NCBI GenBank assembly: GCA_963815195.1 | Contig: CAWFGE010000012.1 | Span: 1,067,390-1,131,389, forward strand | Source of the DNA: an uncultured Planctomycetaceae bacterium | GTDB taxonomy: Bacteria > Planctomycetota > Planctomycetia > Planctomycetales > Planctomycetaceae | Direction of reading: 5' to 3' | DNA: 64,000 nt | Part shown: positions 43,795 through 54,310 of the stretch, piece by piece | Position numbering within the stretch: position 1 is the first letter of the stretch | How the letters are laid out: the number at the start of each line of letters is the position of its first letter | Notes under the pieces: generated by a model | Seen by the model: only the letters and a program-made list of their open reading frames with translations | Databases searched by the model: none | Told to the model about the DNA's origin: nothing | Translations under genes and position numbers: made by a program

Positions 43795-44352
43795 TCATTC
43801 CGAAATGTGCACTCGCAAAGCATGGTCGCGAATCAAATCATCCAGATCGGGCCGGACATCGTCCCATTGCTCCCGGGGCACTTCGAGGGTGACTTTGACC
43901 AAATCGCCATCCGGTTCTTCGTCGGGGACGAAGGCGGGATCGGGAGCCAGCACCAGGTCGCGGAGTTCCTCGGCGTCGAAGCCGGTGAGCGTGGCGTCGA
44001 AATCGGGAAGGGCATCGAGCTCGGCGATCAAGCCCACGAGTTTTTCCGCGTCCCAATCGCCGCCGACCTGGGAGTTGTTCAAGGTGATGTTGAGCGCCTT
44101 TTCGCGTTCGAGGCTCAACGACACCACGACGACTTCGATTTCCGAAACGCCCTGGTCCTTGAGAATCCCGAGCCGTTGATGCCCGGACACGACGTGCCCC
44201 GTTTGCTCGTTCCACACGATGGGCTGCACGAGGTCGAACTCTTTGAGGCTCCGGGCCAGCCGCTCGTAAGCCGGCATCCCCGGCCGCAGGGAAATTCGCG
44301 GGTTATAGGGCGCGGGCTTGAGCTTCGTCAGCGGGATTTTTTGGATGTTCAT
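43795..44352 (-). CDS. ParB N-terminal (ParBc) domain protein, phage type
   Basis: LKPAPYNPR, SLKEFDLVQPIVWN, VSGHQRL, ALNITLN, GDWD, LTGFD. Confidence 0.88.
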   Translation of the reverse strand: MNIQKIPLTKLKPAPYNPRISLRPGMPAYERLARSLKEFDLVQPIVWNEQTGHVVSGHQRLGILKDQGVSEIEVVVVSLSLEREKALNITLNNSQVGGDWDAEKLVGLIAELDALPDFDATLTGFDAEELRDLVLAPDPAFVPDEEPDGDLVKVTLEVPREQWDDVRPDLDDLIRDHALRVHISE

Positions 44353-44388
44353 TTTCGTTTTGCCTCGGAACCGATTGATGTAAGAACG

Positions 44389-44492
44389 TTTTTGAAAATG
44401 TGAGCAGCACGGCGCTAGCTTCCGGTTTCGATGAAAGAAGTTCGTCAGATCACGACCGGCGGCTAGCGCCGTGCCGCTCACGTTTTCAGAAA
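44389..44492. repeat. Paired inverted REP (family B, GGCTAGCGCCGTGCCGCTCA)
   Basis: Near-perfect arms 44389-44426 and 44455-44492; related copies near 2388, 22790 and 22842. Confidence 0.8.
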
Positions 44493-44508
44493 ACCGAATC
44501 GCCAACAC

Positions 44509-44802
44509 CTATCCGCCATCCTCTATCCTCTCTTCCTCATCGGTTGGTGCATTGAAAAAATACTCGCGGACTTCCGCTTTGATGTTCTCGATGCACCGGC
44601 ACACGTGGCCCGGTTGGTGCCGAAACGCTTTCGCGATCTGCTCCAGCGACCAGCCCGCGTTCTCCCGCAGAGCCAGCATCGCCAGGTACTTCCACCGGCG
44701 GGCATCGGCGTCCGCGAACCCATCCGAAATCGTTTGCCAAAACTCATCCGCCCCCGTGCGGGGCAAGAGCACCTTCACGTTTCTTTGATCGACGACAGAC
44801 AT
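44509..44802 (-). CDS. Small HTH (sigma region 4-like) protein, first gene of the phage-like operon
   Basis: LRENAGWSLEQIAKAFRHQPGHVCRCI HTH pattern. Confidence 0.7.
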   Translation of the reverse strand: MSVVDQRNVKVLLPRTGADEFWQTISDGFADADARRWKYLAMLALRENAGWSLEQIAKAFRHQPGHVCRCIENIKAEVREYFFNAPTDEEERIEDGG

Positions 44803-45023
44803 CAGCAGTTGTTCCCCGTTGGAATTCTTGGGTTTCTACCCTATAGGAGCCACTTTGCGCCACAAGATAAATATACAAAAGAACACTTGTGCTAACTCTC
44901 CAGCATGACGGGAGTTGCGAGCTTTGCAAAGTGGGAAAAGTCGTGTTGGCGCAAAAAAATGCAAGATTCCCGCCGGATGTCGTTTGCGACCAAAATCGCC
45001 TAGAATGACGGAGAGAGCCAAAC

Positions 45024-45171
45024 AGGCGAGCGGGGGGCGTCAGCCCCCTGGTTACGTCGAATGCCGTTCCACGATGGAAAGCTCAATCGAATCTCATGGA
45101 ATCAAATTCTGCAAAAATGCCGGTTTGTTTGAATTGCGAGTAACCAGGGGGCTGACGCCCCCCGCTCGCCT
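45024..45171. repeat. REPIN-like element: perfect 32-bp inverted repeats with an 84-nt spacer
   Basis: AGGCGAGCGGGGGGCGTCAGCCCCCTGGTTAC at 45024-45055 and its exact reverse complement at 45140-45171. Confidence 0.9.
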
Positions 45172-45193
45172 TGTTGTTGTGGGACTTTAGGTC

Positions 45194-46222
45194 ATGGAGC
45201 GTTATCAGAAACAGGTGTTGTTCGCGGGCTTGAAGGAAGAGGGGCAGCGGAAGTTGGTGGAGAGCCGGGTGCTGTTGTGCGGCTGCGGGGCCTTGGGGAC
45301 GGTGCTCGCGGAGACGTTGGTGCGGGCGGGCGTGGGGTTTGTGCGGATTGTCGACCGCGATTTCGTGGAACTCTCCAACCTCCAGCGGCAGGTGCTGTTC
45401 GATGAAGAGGATGTCCGCGAGCGCTGGCCCAAAGCCGTCGCCGCCGCGCGGAAGCTCGCCGCGATCAACAGCGAAGTCACAATCGACGCCGTCGTCGCGG
45501 ACATCGATCACACGAACATCCTCACGCTCGCGAAGGATGTGGATCTGATTCTCGACGGCACGGACAACTTCGAGATTCGCTTCCTCATCAACGATGCCTC
45601 GCTCGAGACGGGCCTGCCGTGGATTTATGCCGGCGTCATCGGCAGCCACGGGCAGACGATGACGATTTTCCCCCACAAGACGGCGTGCCTGCGCTGCTTG
45701 ATCGAAAGCATCCCCGCGCCGGGCACGACGGAGACCTGCGACACGGCGGGCGTGTTGGGGCCGGCGGTCAATGTGGTCGCGTCTTTGGAAGCGACGAGCG
45801 CCCTCAAAATCCTCTCCGGCCAACCGGAACTGGTGGAGCCGAGCTTGATGATCCTCGACGTGTGGGATCTTTCCTTCCGCAAGATGAACGTCGCGAATCT
45901 CCGCGACCGGGCCGACTGCCCGGCGTGCCGGCATGGGGAGCGGGTGTGGCTTTCCGGCCAGAAAGGCGGCGAATCGACGGTGCTCTGCGGCCGAAACGCC
46001 GTCCAAGTCCGCCCGCCGGAGAAGACGCAGCTTTCTCTGGAAGACCTGGCCGAGAAACTCAAAACGTCGGGCGAAGTCCAGTCCAACAAGTTCCTCTTAA
46101 AACTCACGCTGAAAAACCCCGACTACGAGTTGACGGTTTTTCGCGACGGGCGGGCGATCATCAAAGGCACCGAAGACATCGGCATCGCCCGCGGCTTGTA
46201 CTCGCGGTACATCGGAACCTGA
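45194..46222 (+). CDS. ThiF/MoeB-family adenylyltransferase
   Basis: RYQKQ, GCGALG, DRDFVELSNLQRQ, DGTDNF, CLRC and CPAC zinc motifs. Confidence 0.93.
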   Translation: MERYQKQVLFAGLKEEGQRKLVESRVLLCGCGALGTVLAETLVRAGVGFVRIVDRDFVELSNLQRQVLFDEEDVRERWPKAVAAARKLAAINSEVTIDAVVADIDHTNILTLAKDVDLILDGTDNFEIRFLINDASLETGLPWIYAGVIGSHGQTMTIFPHKTACLRCLIESIPAPGTTETCDTAGVLGPAVNVVASLEATSALKILSGQPELVEPSLMILDVWDLSFRKMNVANLRDRADCPACRHGERVWLSGQKGGESTVLCGRNAVQVRPPEKTQLSLEDLAEKLKTSGEVQSNKFLLKLTLKNPDYELTVFRDGRAIIKGTEDIGIARGLYSRYIGT

Positions 46223-46697
46223 CCCGGCGAGCGTGGGGCGTAAGCCCCATGATCTCGAGAATTGACCAGCGGGCGGGGCTGGAGGGGAATTTTTGCGATG
46301 CGGGAAGATTTCGCGATTCTTTTTCCCGGCCCGCTGGTTTGATTAGATGCAGGACTGCATTGGATGGGGCGGAAATAAGCAGTCGGCCCTTGGAAAAATC
46401 GGGTTGGTGAGTTTCAACCGGTCAAAGCGAACTCTCACCAACCCGGGCACCCAACCCCAGCGGTCGCGTTGCGCCGGGAAGGGTTGTTTCATTGTAACCT
46501 GGCCGTTTCGGTCCACAACCTTTGATTCCTCCTCTTTTTTTGGGGTTGGTGATTTTCAGTCGGGTCACAAGTTTGCGAGCATTCGCGAATGGGCCGGCGG
46601 TTTTGCCGGAGGAACACCCGAACCCGGCGAAACCCGTCCCCTTACTCAACTCAGGCACGCGGTTTGATGCGACTATTTTTTGTCAAGGAGCAAACGA

Positions 46698-47712
<1,015 letters not shown>

Positions 47713-47799
47713 TCTCTGTCTCGGATGAAATCAGGAATCCCAAAGCCGCGCAGCGGCGCTGCGCGGCTTTTGAACTCTGTTTATTTTTTTGTTTGAGGA

Positions 47800-47946
47800 A
47801 TGACGATGTTTTTGCGAAAACTCCTTCTGGGCGGCTTGCTAGGCACGCTGTTGTTCGCGATGGGTTGCGGGGGCCATAAAGACCCGCCCAGCCCCGGCCA
47901 GGGAACCGATGCCCCGGATGCGCCCATCTCGACCGAGAAACCCTAA
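47800..47946 (+). CDS. 48-aa lipoprotein following DUF1559 (absent from the ORF track)
   Basis: [30 protein letters not shown]...; lipobox AMGC; GAGG upstream. Confidence 0.7.
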   Translation: MTMFLRKLLLGGLLGTLLFAMGCGGHKDPPSPGQGTDAPDAPISTEKP

Positions 47947-47978
47947 AGGCGGAATTGACCGCTCCGTACCGGCGGCCC

Positions 47979-48683
47979 TCAAGCCCGTTTGCGGAACTGG
48001 TTGATGGCGGTGAGGAACATCCACAGGAAGATCAAAGACAGCACCCCGCAGAGAGCCCACCGGCCGCCGATCTTGTAAATCAGCCAAAGGAAGGCTTCCT
48101 TGAGGCCCCCAGGCCTGTCGATCCGCTCGGATCCGTCGCCCAATGCGTTGAACAACCCATAGCAGCAGGCGAATCCCAACACGGAACCGAACAGGTTGCC
48201 CCACGGGCCGTTGTCTTTGTCCTCGAAGAACGAGCTTTTCTTTTTGCCGGGCTTTCGCTTGCGAGCAGACCGCCCTGTTTCGGCCGGCCGGCTTTTGCGG
48301 GAAGGCCGGTCGGACGGGGCGCCGTAATCTTCGTAATCGTCCCCGGCGAAATCGGCCTCTTCGTAGTCCTCGTATTCGTCCTCCTCGAAATCGGCTGCGT
48401 CGTAATCTTCGTAGCCGTCTTCGGGGATCGCGTCTTCGATGATCTCCGCGACCGGCAAGGCTTCTTTGGGCGACGTGTTTTGCGATGGCTTTGCGCTGGG
48501 TTTCGAGGGCGGATCGGCAAACAGCCCCGCGACTTTTTCGGCGGGGACGAATCGCGTGCCGCCTTTCTTGGCGACCAGATCGTTCGCGCGGAGTTTGCCG
48601 GACGAGGCCAGCGTCTTGAGTTCCTCGGATGTGAACGGCCCGGATTCCCGCTCGCCGCGCTTCACGATCCAGGTTGAAGCCAT
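47979..48683 (-). CDS. GYF_2 (DUF4339)-domain membrane protein
   Basis: GPFTSEELKTLASSGKL, acidic Tyr-rich repeats, basic patch, C-terminal TM helices. Confidence 0.78.
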   Translation of the reverse strand: MASTWIVKRGERESGPFTSEELKTLASSGKLRANDLVAKKGGTRFVPAEKVAGLFADPPSKPSAKPSQNTSPKEALPVAEIIEDAIPEDGYEDYDAADFEEDEYEDYEEADFAGDDYEDYGAPSDRPSRKSRPAETGRSARKRKPGKKKSSFFEDKDNGPWGNLFGSVLGFACCYGLFNALGDGSERIDRPGGLKEAFLWLIYKIGGRWALCGVLSLIFLWMFLTAINQFRKRA

Positions 48684-48812
48684 GATCTCCCCCGCTGCTT
48701 TCCGTCATCTTTTTTCGGATACGATTATAACCCGATCGGTGTTCTTATCCCAATAAAAAAGACGCCCGATCGTTGGATGGGCGTCGGTCGCGTTCTTGGT
48801 GGGAGAGAAACG

Positions 48813-51516
48813 TTAGGCCGCTTTGGCTTGGACCACGGCGGAGGCGGGGGCGATGGACTTCTTGAGTTCCTCCACTTCCTTTTGGCCCGCTTCCACGGCT
48901 TTGCCGGCGGCGGCGGCTTGTTGCGTTGCCGCGGTGGCTTTTTCCTGGAGCGGTTTGACGGCCGCGGTCAGATCGGCCGCACGCTTCTGGGCGGCGGCGT
49001 AATCGGCGGCGGACTTCGCGGCCGCTTGTTCCGCGGCGGCGACAGCAGCTTGGGCGGTTTCCACGGTTTTGGCTTTTTCGGCGGCGGCCGTCTTGGCCGC
49101 TTCGAGGCCTTGGGCTTTCGCCGCGATCAGGTTCTTCCAAGCGGTCACGGCGGCCGTCACGTCTTTGTCGCCGGGCGATTTCGCGGCGGCTTCCTCGGCG
49201 GATTTGAGGGTCGTTTGAAGAGCCGGCACGAGAGCCGTCAGCGTGGTCACCGTTTTGCCGGCTTCGGTTTGAGCGGCGGCCGCGTCGGCAAATTGCTTCT
49301 TGGCCGCGGTGACGTTGGCGTTGGCGGTTTCGACTTGTTTTTGAACCGCCAGCGCGGTCTGGTTGGCCGAGGCGAGTTCTCCCTCGGCTTTCTTGAGTTC
49401 CGCCGCCGCCTGGTTCGCCGCGGCCGCGAGTTCGTCGGCTTTAGACTTGAGGGCGGTGAGCGCTTTCTGCTTGGCGCTGATGTTTATTTCGGTTTCGAGA
49501 CGGGCCACGTCTTTTTGAGCCGCCGCGAGTTGGGCCGCCATCGCGTCGGCGGCCTGTTTCGCCTGGGCCGCTTTGTCTTGCGCGGGTTTGAGCGTGGGCG
49601 TCAATGCGGCGACCTGTTTCTTGGCGGCTTCCAGTCCGGCCAGAGCGTCGGCGAGTGATTTTTCCATCGCCGCTTGCTCCTTTTGCTTTTGCTGCATGGC
49701 CGCGGTCTTTTCGGTCTGGAGCTTCTTCGCCGCGGCGAGGGCGGCCGCTTTTTCATCAACCTGGGCTTTGAGCTTACCGACGGCTTCCGCGAGGGCTTTG
49801 TCGTCTTTGGCTTTCTCCACCGCTTGCTGGGCTTTGGTGAGCGCTTCTGCGAGCGGCGGGACCACGCCGGCCAACGTATTCGCGGTGTTGGTGGCGGCTT
49901 GGACTTCCTTGGTCAACGCGTCCACCGCGGCTTTGGATTTGGCGATTTCGCCGGGAAGCGCTTTGGACTGGGCCTCCAGGTCGGTCGCCTGTTTTTGGGC
50001 GGCCGCCAGGTCGGTTTGGATTTTTGTCGTCGCCGCAGTCATTGCAGTCTGAGGCATCGGCGAGTTTTTTGTGTTCCGCCTGTTTCGCGGCGAGAGCGGC
50101 TTTCGCTTTAGCGAGTTGATCTTCAAGCTTCAGCGGGTTCGCGGTGAGTTCGCCCACCGCTTTGCCGTCCGCGGCGGCGAAGACTTTGATCGCTCCCGTC
50201 CAATCGCCGGCGATGACCTGGTCGGTCTCGTCGCAGATCGTCACTTGGAGAGCAATATCGCCAAAGGCCGGAAACGCGCGGAGTTGTTTGCCGTTCTGGT
50301 CCCAGAGCTTGGCGGTCTTGTCCCGGCCGCAGGTGACGATCCGGCCGTCGCGGGCGAACTCGACCGAGGCCGCGCCGCCGCCGTGGGCATTCCAGGACTT
50401 GACGTTGCTGCCGTTGACGACTTCCCAGAGCTTGACGCTGCCGTCTTCGCTGGCCGAGGCGACGAGGTTGGAATCGCTCCGCCAGGCAATGTCGCAGATG
50501 GACCCTTTGTGGCCGTTCAAGCTCAGATATTCGCGGCCGGTTGCGGCTTCCCAGACCAACAGGCCGCCGTTGCGGTCGCCGGTGGCAAGCAGCACGCCGT
50601 CGGGGCTAAAGGCGATCGAATAGATCCAGTCGGTGTGCTTTTTGAGTTCGTATTTCAGTTCGCCGGTCTTGGTGGAATACACGCGCACGACTTTGCCCGG
50701 CCCGCCCAAAGCGACCAGCGTTTGATCGGAGCTGATGTCGGCGGCGAGGACGGTGTCGAGCTCGTCGCCGACTTCGATCACGCGTTCGCCCGTGCGGACG
50801 TTCCAGACCACGACTTTGCCCTGGGCCGCATCGTGTCCGCCGCCCGCGAGCAAGAGGCTGCCGTTGTGGCTGAACTTGAGCGACTGCGGCACGCCTTCCG
50901 GGAAGGGCAAAATGCCCGCGAGATCGAGCGTCTTGGTGTTATACAGAATCACCTGCTTCTGCCCGCCCACGGCCACGAGCGGCGACCAGGGGTTGCTGGC
51001 GAGCGCGGTGACCGCCGTGGTGTGTTCGGTGTGCACGACGGGTTCGAGGCTCAACAGTTCCGGCATCGGCGGCGGACCTTCGGGCCGGCCCGTGGGACTC
51101 GCGGCGAGCGACAGATCGAGCTTGGGCTTGTTCGCGATGGGCTTGCTGCCGGAGTTTTCGAGCGCTCCGCCGTCGATCCATTGGCGGATCAACGCCAACT
51201 TGTCCGCGGGGAGCTTGTCTTGTTTGGGCGGCATGTACGGTTCGGATTCATGGTTGACGAGCATGAACAGGTAGCTGTTCCCGGCGTCGCCCGGTTCGAT
51301 CACCGCGCCCGATCCGCCGCCCTGCATCATCGAGGTGTAGTTGAGCAGGTCGAGGTCCGCCACTTTTTTGTTCGTGTTGTGGCAGGTCGCGCAGTATTGG
51401 CGGAAGATCGGCTGCACGTGGTCCTGGTAGGTGATCTTCGCCGGCGCGTCCGCCGCCCGGACGGAAAGCGGAGCCAAAACAATCGTAACGAAGGCAACAA
51501 GTCGGGTCGTGTTCAT
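48813..51516 (-). CDS. Planctomycete cytochrome c + WD40 + Ala/Lys coiled-coil protein (frameshift near 50050)
   Basis: CATCH haem motif, MPP...IRQWIDGGA, WD40 repeats (HTDWIYSIAFSPDG, ASEDGSVKLW), long heptad tail. Confidence 0.88.
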
Positions 51517-51556
51517 AAGAAGTGCTCCAAATCGGGATGCCGATTGAGAGTGAGTG

Positions 51557-51701
51557 AGGCGAGCGGGGGGTGTCAGCCCGGGTGTCAGCCCCCCGGTGAC
51601 GTGGATTGTTTGAGATACAGTCAACTTGAAATCGTCTTCTGGAAATCGAGAGTCTCTTCTTCTTTGCGAATAACCAGTGGGCTTACGCCCGCCGCTCGCC
51701 T
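51557..51701. repeat. REPIN-like element (family A)
   Basis: AGGCGAGCGGGGGGTGTCAGCCC... and TAACCAGTGGGCTTACGCCCGCCGCTCGCCT in inverted orientation. Confidence 0.8.
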
Positions 51702-54130
51702 TAATGGTTGAACAAGAACTCACGGGAGTTCAAGAGGGCCCAGAACACGTCTTCCAACACGGGTTTGGGGTCTTTCTCCTGGGCGAGGACCGCGACGAGC
51801 GAGGTCCGTTCTTTTTCGTCGGGTTTGCGGGTCAGGCAGCGGATGTAAAGCTCTTCGAGGATTGCCTCGGGCTTCTTGCCTTCGGAAAGCTGGCGTTCGA
51901 TCAGCTTGCCCTGCTGGATTTTGCTGTTGGCCGTGTCGCCGTTGAGCATGTGCAAAGCCTGCGACAAGTTCGGCTCGACTTTGACTTCGCAGGAGCAGAC
52001 CGTCTCGCGGCTCGCGCGGCCGAAGGTCGTCAGGAAGTAGGTCGAGGTGTTGCCGTTGGCGATCTGCACCGCGCGGGCCCCCAACGGCAGGCCTTGGAAT
52101 TTGTTCTTCGTATCGGTGACCTGCGTGATCGAATCGAGCATCATTTCCGCCCGCACCCGGCGGAGATTCGCGTGCGAAAAGTTGCGGTCGTCCGAGGCGT
52201 TCGTTTCGTTGGTGGCGGTCGAAAGCTGATACGTCCGCGACAGGCAAATGTCCCGCACGAGCTTTTTGAAGTCGTAGTTGTAATCGGTGAACCGCTTGCC
52301 GAGTTCGTCCAGAAGCTCCGGGTTGACGGCGGGATTGGAGACCCGCACGTCGTCCACTTCGTGAATAATGCCCCGGCCGAGGAAGTGGGCCCAGACGATG
52401 TTCGCGAGGTTGGTGGCGAAGTAGGGGTTCTCGGGCGACGCGAGCCATTTGGCCATCACTTCGCGGCGGTCTTTGCCTTTGACATCGGGGACGGCACCGC
52501 CCAGGAACTTGGGTTCCATCACGCGGTTGTCCACGGGATGCTTGACATCGCCGCTGCCCCGGTTGTAGATGATGAGTTCCCGCGGGTCTTCGCCGCGCTT
52601 GCGGCCGATTTGCGAGAAGAACGCGGCGAAGCTGTAATAGTCATCCATCGTCCAGCGGTCGAAGGGATGGTTGTGGCATTGGGCGCATTGAATCCGCATG
52701 CCCATAAACACCTGGGCCACGTTCTCGGAAGTCTTCAGCGTGTCCTGCTCGGCCTGGTAATAATTGGTCGCGGCGTTCGCGAACGTGCCGCCGTTGGCCG
52801 CGAGCAGTTCCTGCACCATCTGGTCCATGGGCACGTTGTCCTGGATCCGCTCCTGCAGCCAGTTGTAATAGCGGAGCATCGACTTGTAGCTCACGCGGTT
52901 GTTGACCGTGCGGATCTGCAACAGCTCGGCCCACTTCATCACCCACAGTTCGACGAACTCCTTGCGGCCCAACAGTTCATCGATCAATTGCTCCCGCTTG
53001 TTCGGGGCGGCGTTTTGCATGAAGCGGTTGTATTCTTCGACCGTGGGCAGAACGCCGATGACATCGAGATAGGCCCGCCGCAGGAATTCCTCATCGGTGC
53101 AAAGCGGCGAAGGGACGATCCGCAGCTTTTTGAGTTTGTTGTTGATGAGCGTATCGACGTAGTTGTTCTCGGGCACGTTGGGCCATTCGAACTTGAGGCC
53201 CTTGGGCAAAACGATGAAGTGCGAGCCGACGGTGTGGGTTTCGAAGCGGGCCATCAGAAAGGCTTCGCCGCGTTCGCCGGCGGTGACGATGCCCTCTTGC
53301 GAGACTTCGGCCGAGTTGTCGTTGTTGGTCATAAAGTAGGCGAGCGAGGTGACATCGCGGTCGGTGCCGTCGGAATACTTCGCCCGCACGGTGAGCTTTT
53401 GCGTCGCGCCGGCTCCGTCCATCACCGCGTTTTTGGGATAGAGTTCGACGGAGACGACTTTGGGCGGAGCGGTCTGATCGTTGGGGGCACCCGCTTCGAG
53501 CCAGCGGATCATGGTGTTATAAAGTTCGCTGCCTTTGTCGAAGCGTTTGCCGCCGGTGTGGGGCACGATCCCTGCGGATTTTTCCACGAGCAGGCTTTCG
53601 TGAGGCAATGCGAGGTTGATCCGCCGGCCGCTGATTTCGCGAGTCAGCCGGTAATGATCGCCTTGGGGATCGAACCCGAACAGCGACAGCCGGAAGCCGT
53701 CTTTCCCGCGGGCCGCCCCGTGGCAACTGCCCATGTTGCAACCGGACTTCATGAAGATGGGCATCACGTCGAGTTGAAAACTGATCGTCCGGTCGGCCTG
53801 GGCCTGGACGACTTCCACGGGGACTTTCACGGTCTGTCCGCCATAGGCCACGGTGAGTTCCGTCTTGCCGTCCGCCTGCGGGAAAAGCGTATGCCCGTCC
53901 ATCTTGACGAGGGCCGGGTTGGCGAGCGTCAACTGCGATTTCGCGGTGACATCTTCGGTGAGGCCGTTGGCATACTCGGCCTGCACGATGAGCGATTGCC
54001 GATCCTGGTTGGTGCTGAGATGCACATCCGCCGGATAGACATTGAGCTTCGCCAGCGGCGACTCCGCCGCTCCTAACGAACTCGCGATCCCCAAGACCAA
54101 AGCCAGGCTAATCCACTGTGTAAAACGCAT
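51701..54130 (-). CDS. DUF1549/DUF1553 protein with Ig-like domains
   Basis: Signal peptide, GCNMGSCHG, DEEFLRRAYLD, CAQCHNHPFDRW, WALLNSREFLFNH. Confidence 0.93.
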   Translation of the reverse strand: MRFTQWISLALVLGIASSLGAAESPLAKLNVYPADVHLSTNQDRQSLIVQAEYANGLTEDVTAKSQLTLANPALVKMDGHTLFPQADGKTELTVAYGGQTVKVPVEVVQAQADRTISFQLDVMPIFMKSGCNMGSCHGAARGKDGFRLSLFGFDPQGDHYRLTREISGRRINLALPHESLLVEKSAGIVPHTGGKRFDKGSELYNTMIRWLEAGAPNDQTAPPKVVSVELYPKNAVMDGAGATQKLTVRAKYSDGTDRDVTSLAYFMTNNDNSAEVSQEGIVTAGERGEAFLMARFETHTVGSHFIVLPKGLKFEWPNVPENNYVDTLINNKLKKLRIVPSPLCTDEEFLRRAYLDVIGVLPTVEEYNRFMQNAAPNKREQLIDELLGRKEFVELWVMKWAELLQIRTVNNRVSYKSMLRYYNWLQERIQDNVPMDQMVQELLAANGGTFANAATNYYQAEQDTLKTSENVAQVFMGMRIQCAQCHNHPFDRWTMDDYYSFAAFFSQIGRKRGEDPRELIIYNRGSGDVKHPVDNRVMEPKFLGGAVPDVKGKDRREVMAKWLASPENPYFATNLANIVWAHFLGRGIIHEVDDVRVSNPAVNPELLDELGKRFTDYNYDFKKLVRDICLSRTYQLSTATNETNASDDRNFSHANLRRVRAEMMLDSITQVTDTKNKFQGLPLGARAVQIANGNTSTYFLTTFGRASRETVCSCEVKVEPNLSQALHMLNGDTANSKIQQGKLIERQLSEGKKPEAILEELYIRCLTRKPDEKERTSLVAVLAQEKDPKPVLEDVFWALLNSREFLFNH

Positions 54131-54310
54131 GGTGAGTCATCCCTTGTGTATCCAACGCACCCAAAAAACTGGGAAAGGTTTGGTTTTATTCGTAGCGGCG
54201 GCTTCTCGCCGCCGAGGTTTTCTTTTCGTGTTATTCCGATGAACCGGGGCGGACCACCCTGCGGGCGGTGCCCCCGTGCGGGCGGTGTCCCCCCTGCGGC
54301 TAATGAATGC

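Noticed and set aside
36836..44802. Intact prophage
   Set aside because: No integrase, att repeats, capsid, tail, replication or lysis genes; the flanks are ordinary host genes.
46255..46697. c-di-GMP riboswitch in the DUF1559 leader
   Set aside because: Hairpins are present but the conserved GEMM core was not found.
48330..48425. Tandem DNA repeat array (TCTTCGTA units)
   Set aside because: It encodes the acidic YEDY repeats of the GYF_2 protein; coding low complexity.
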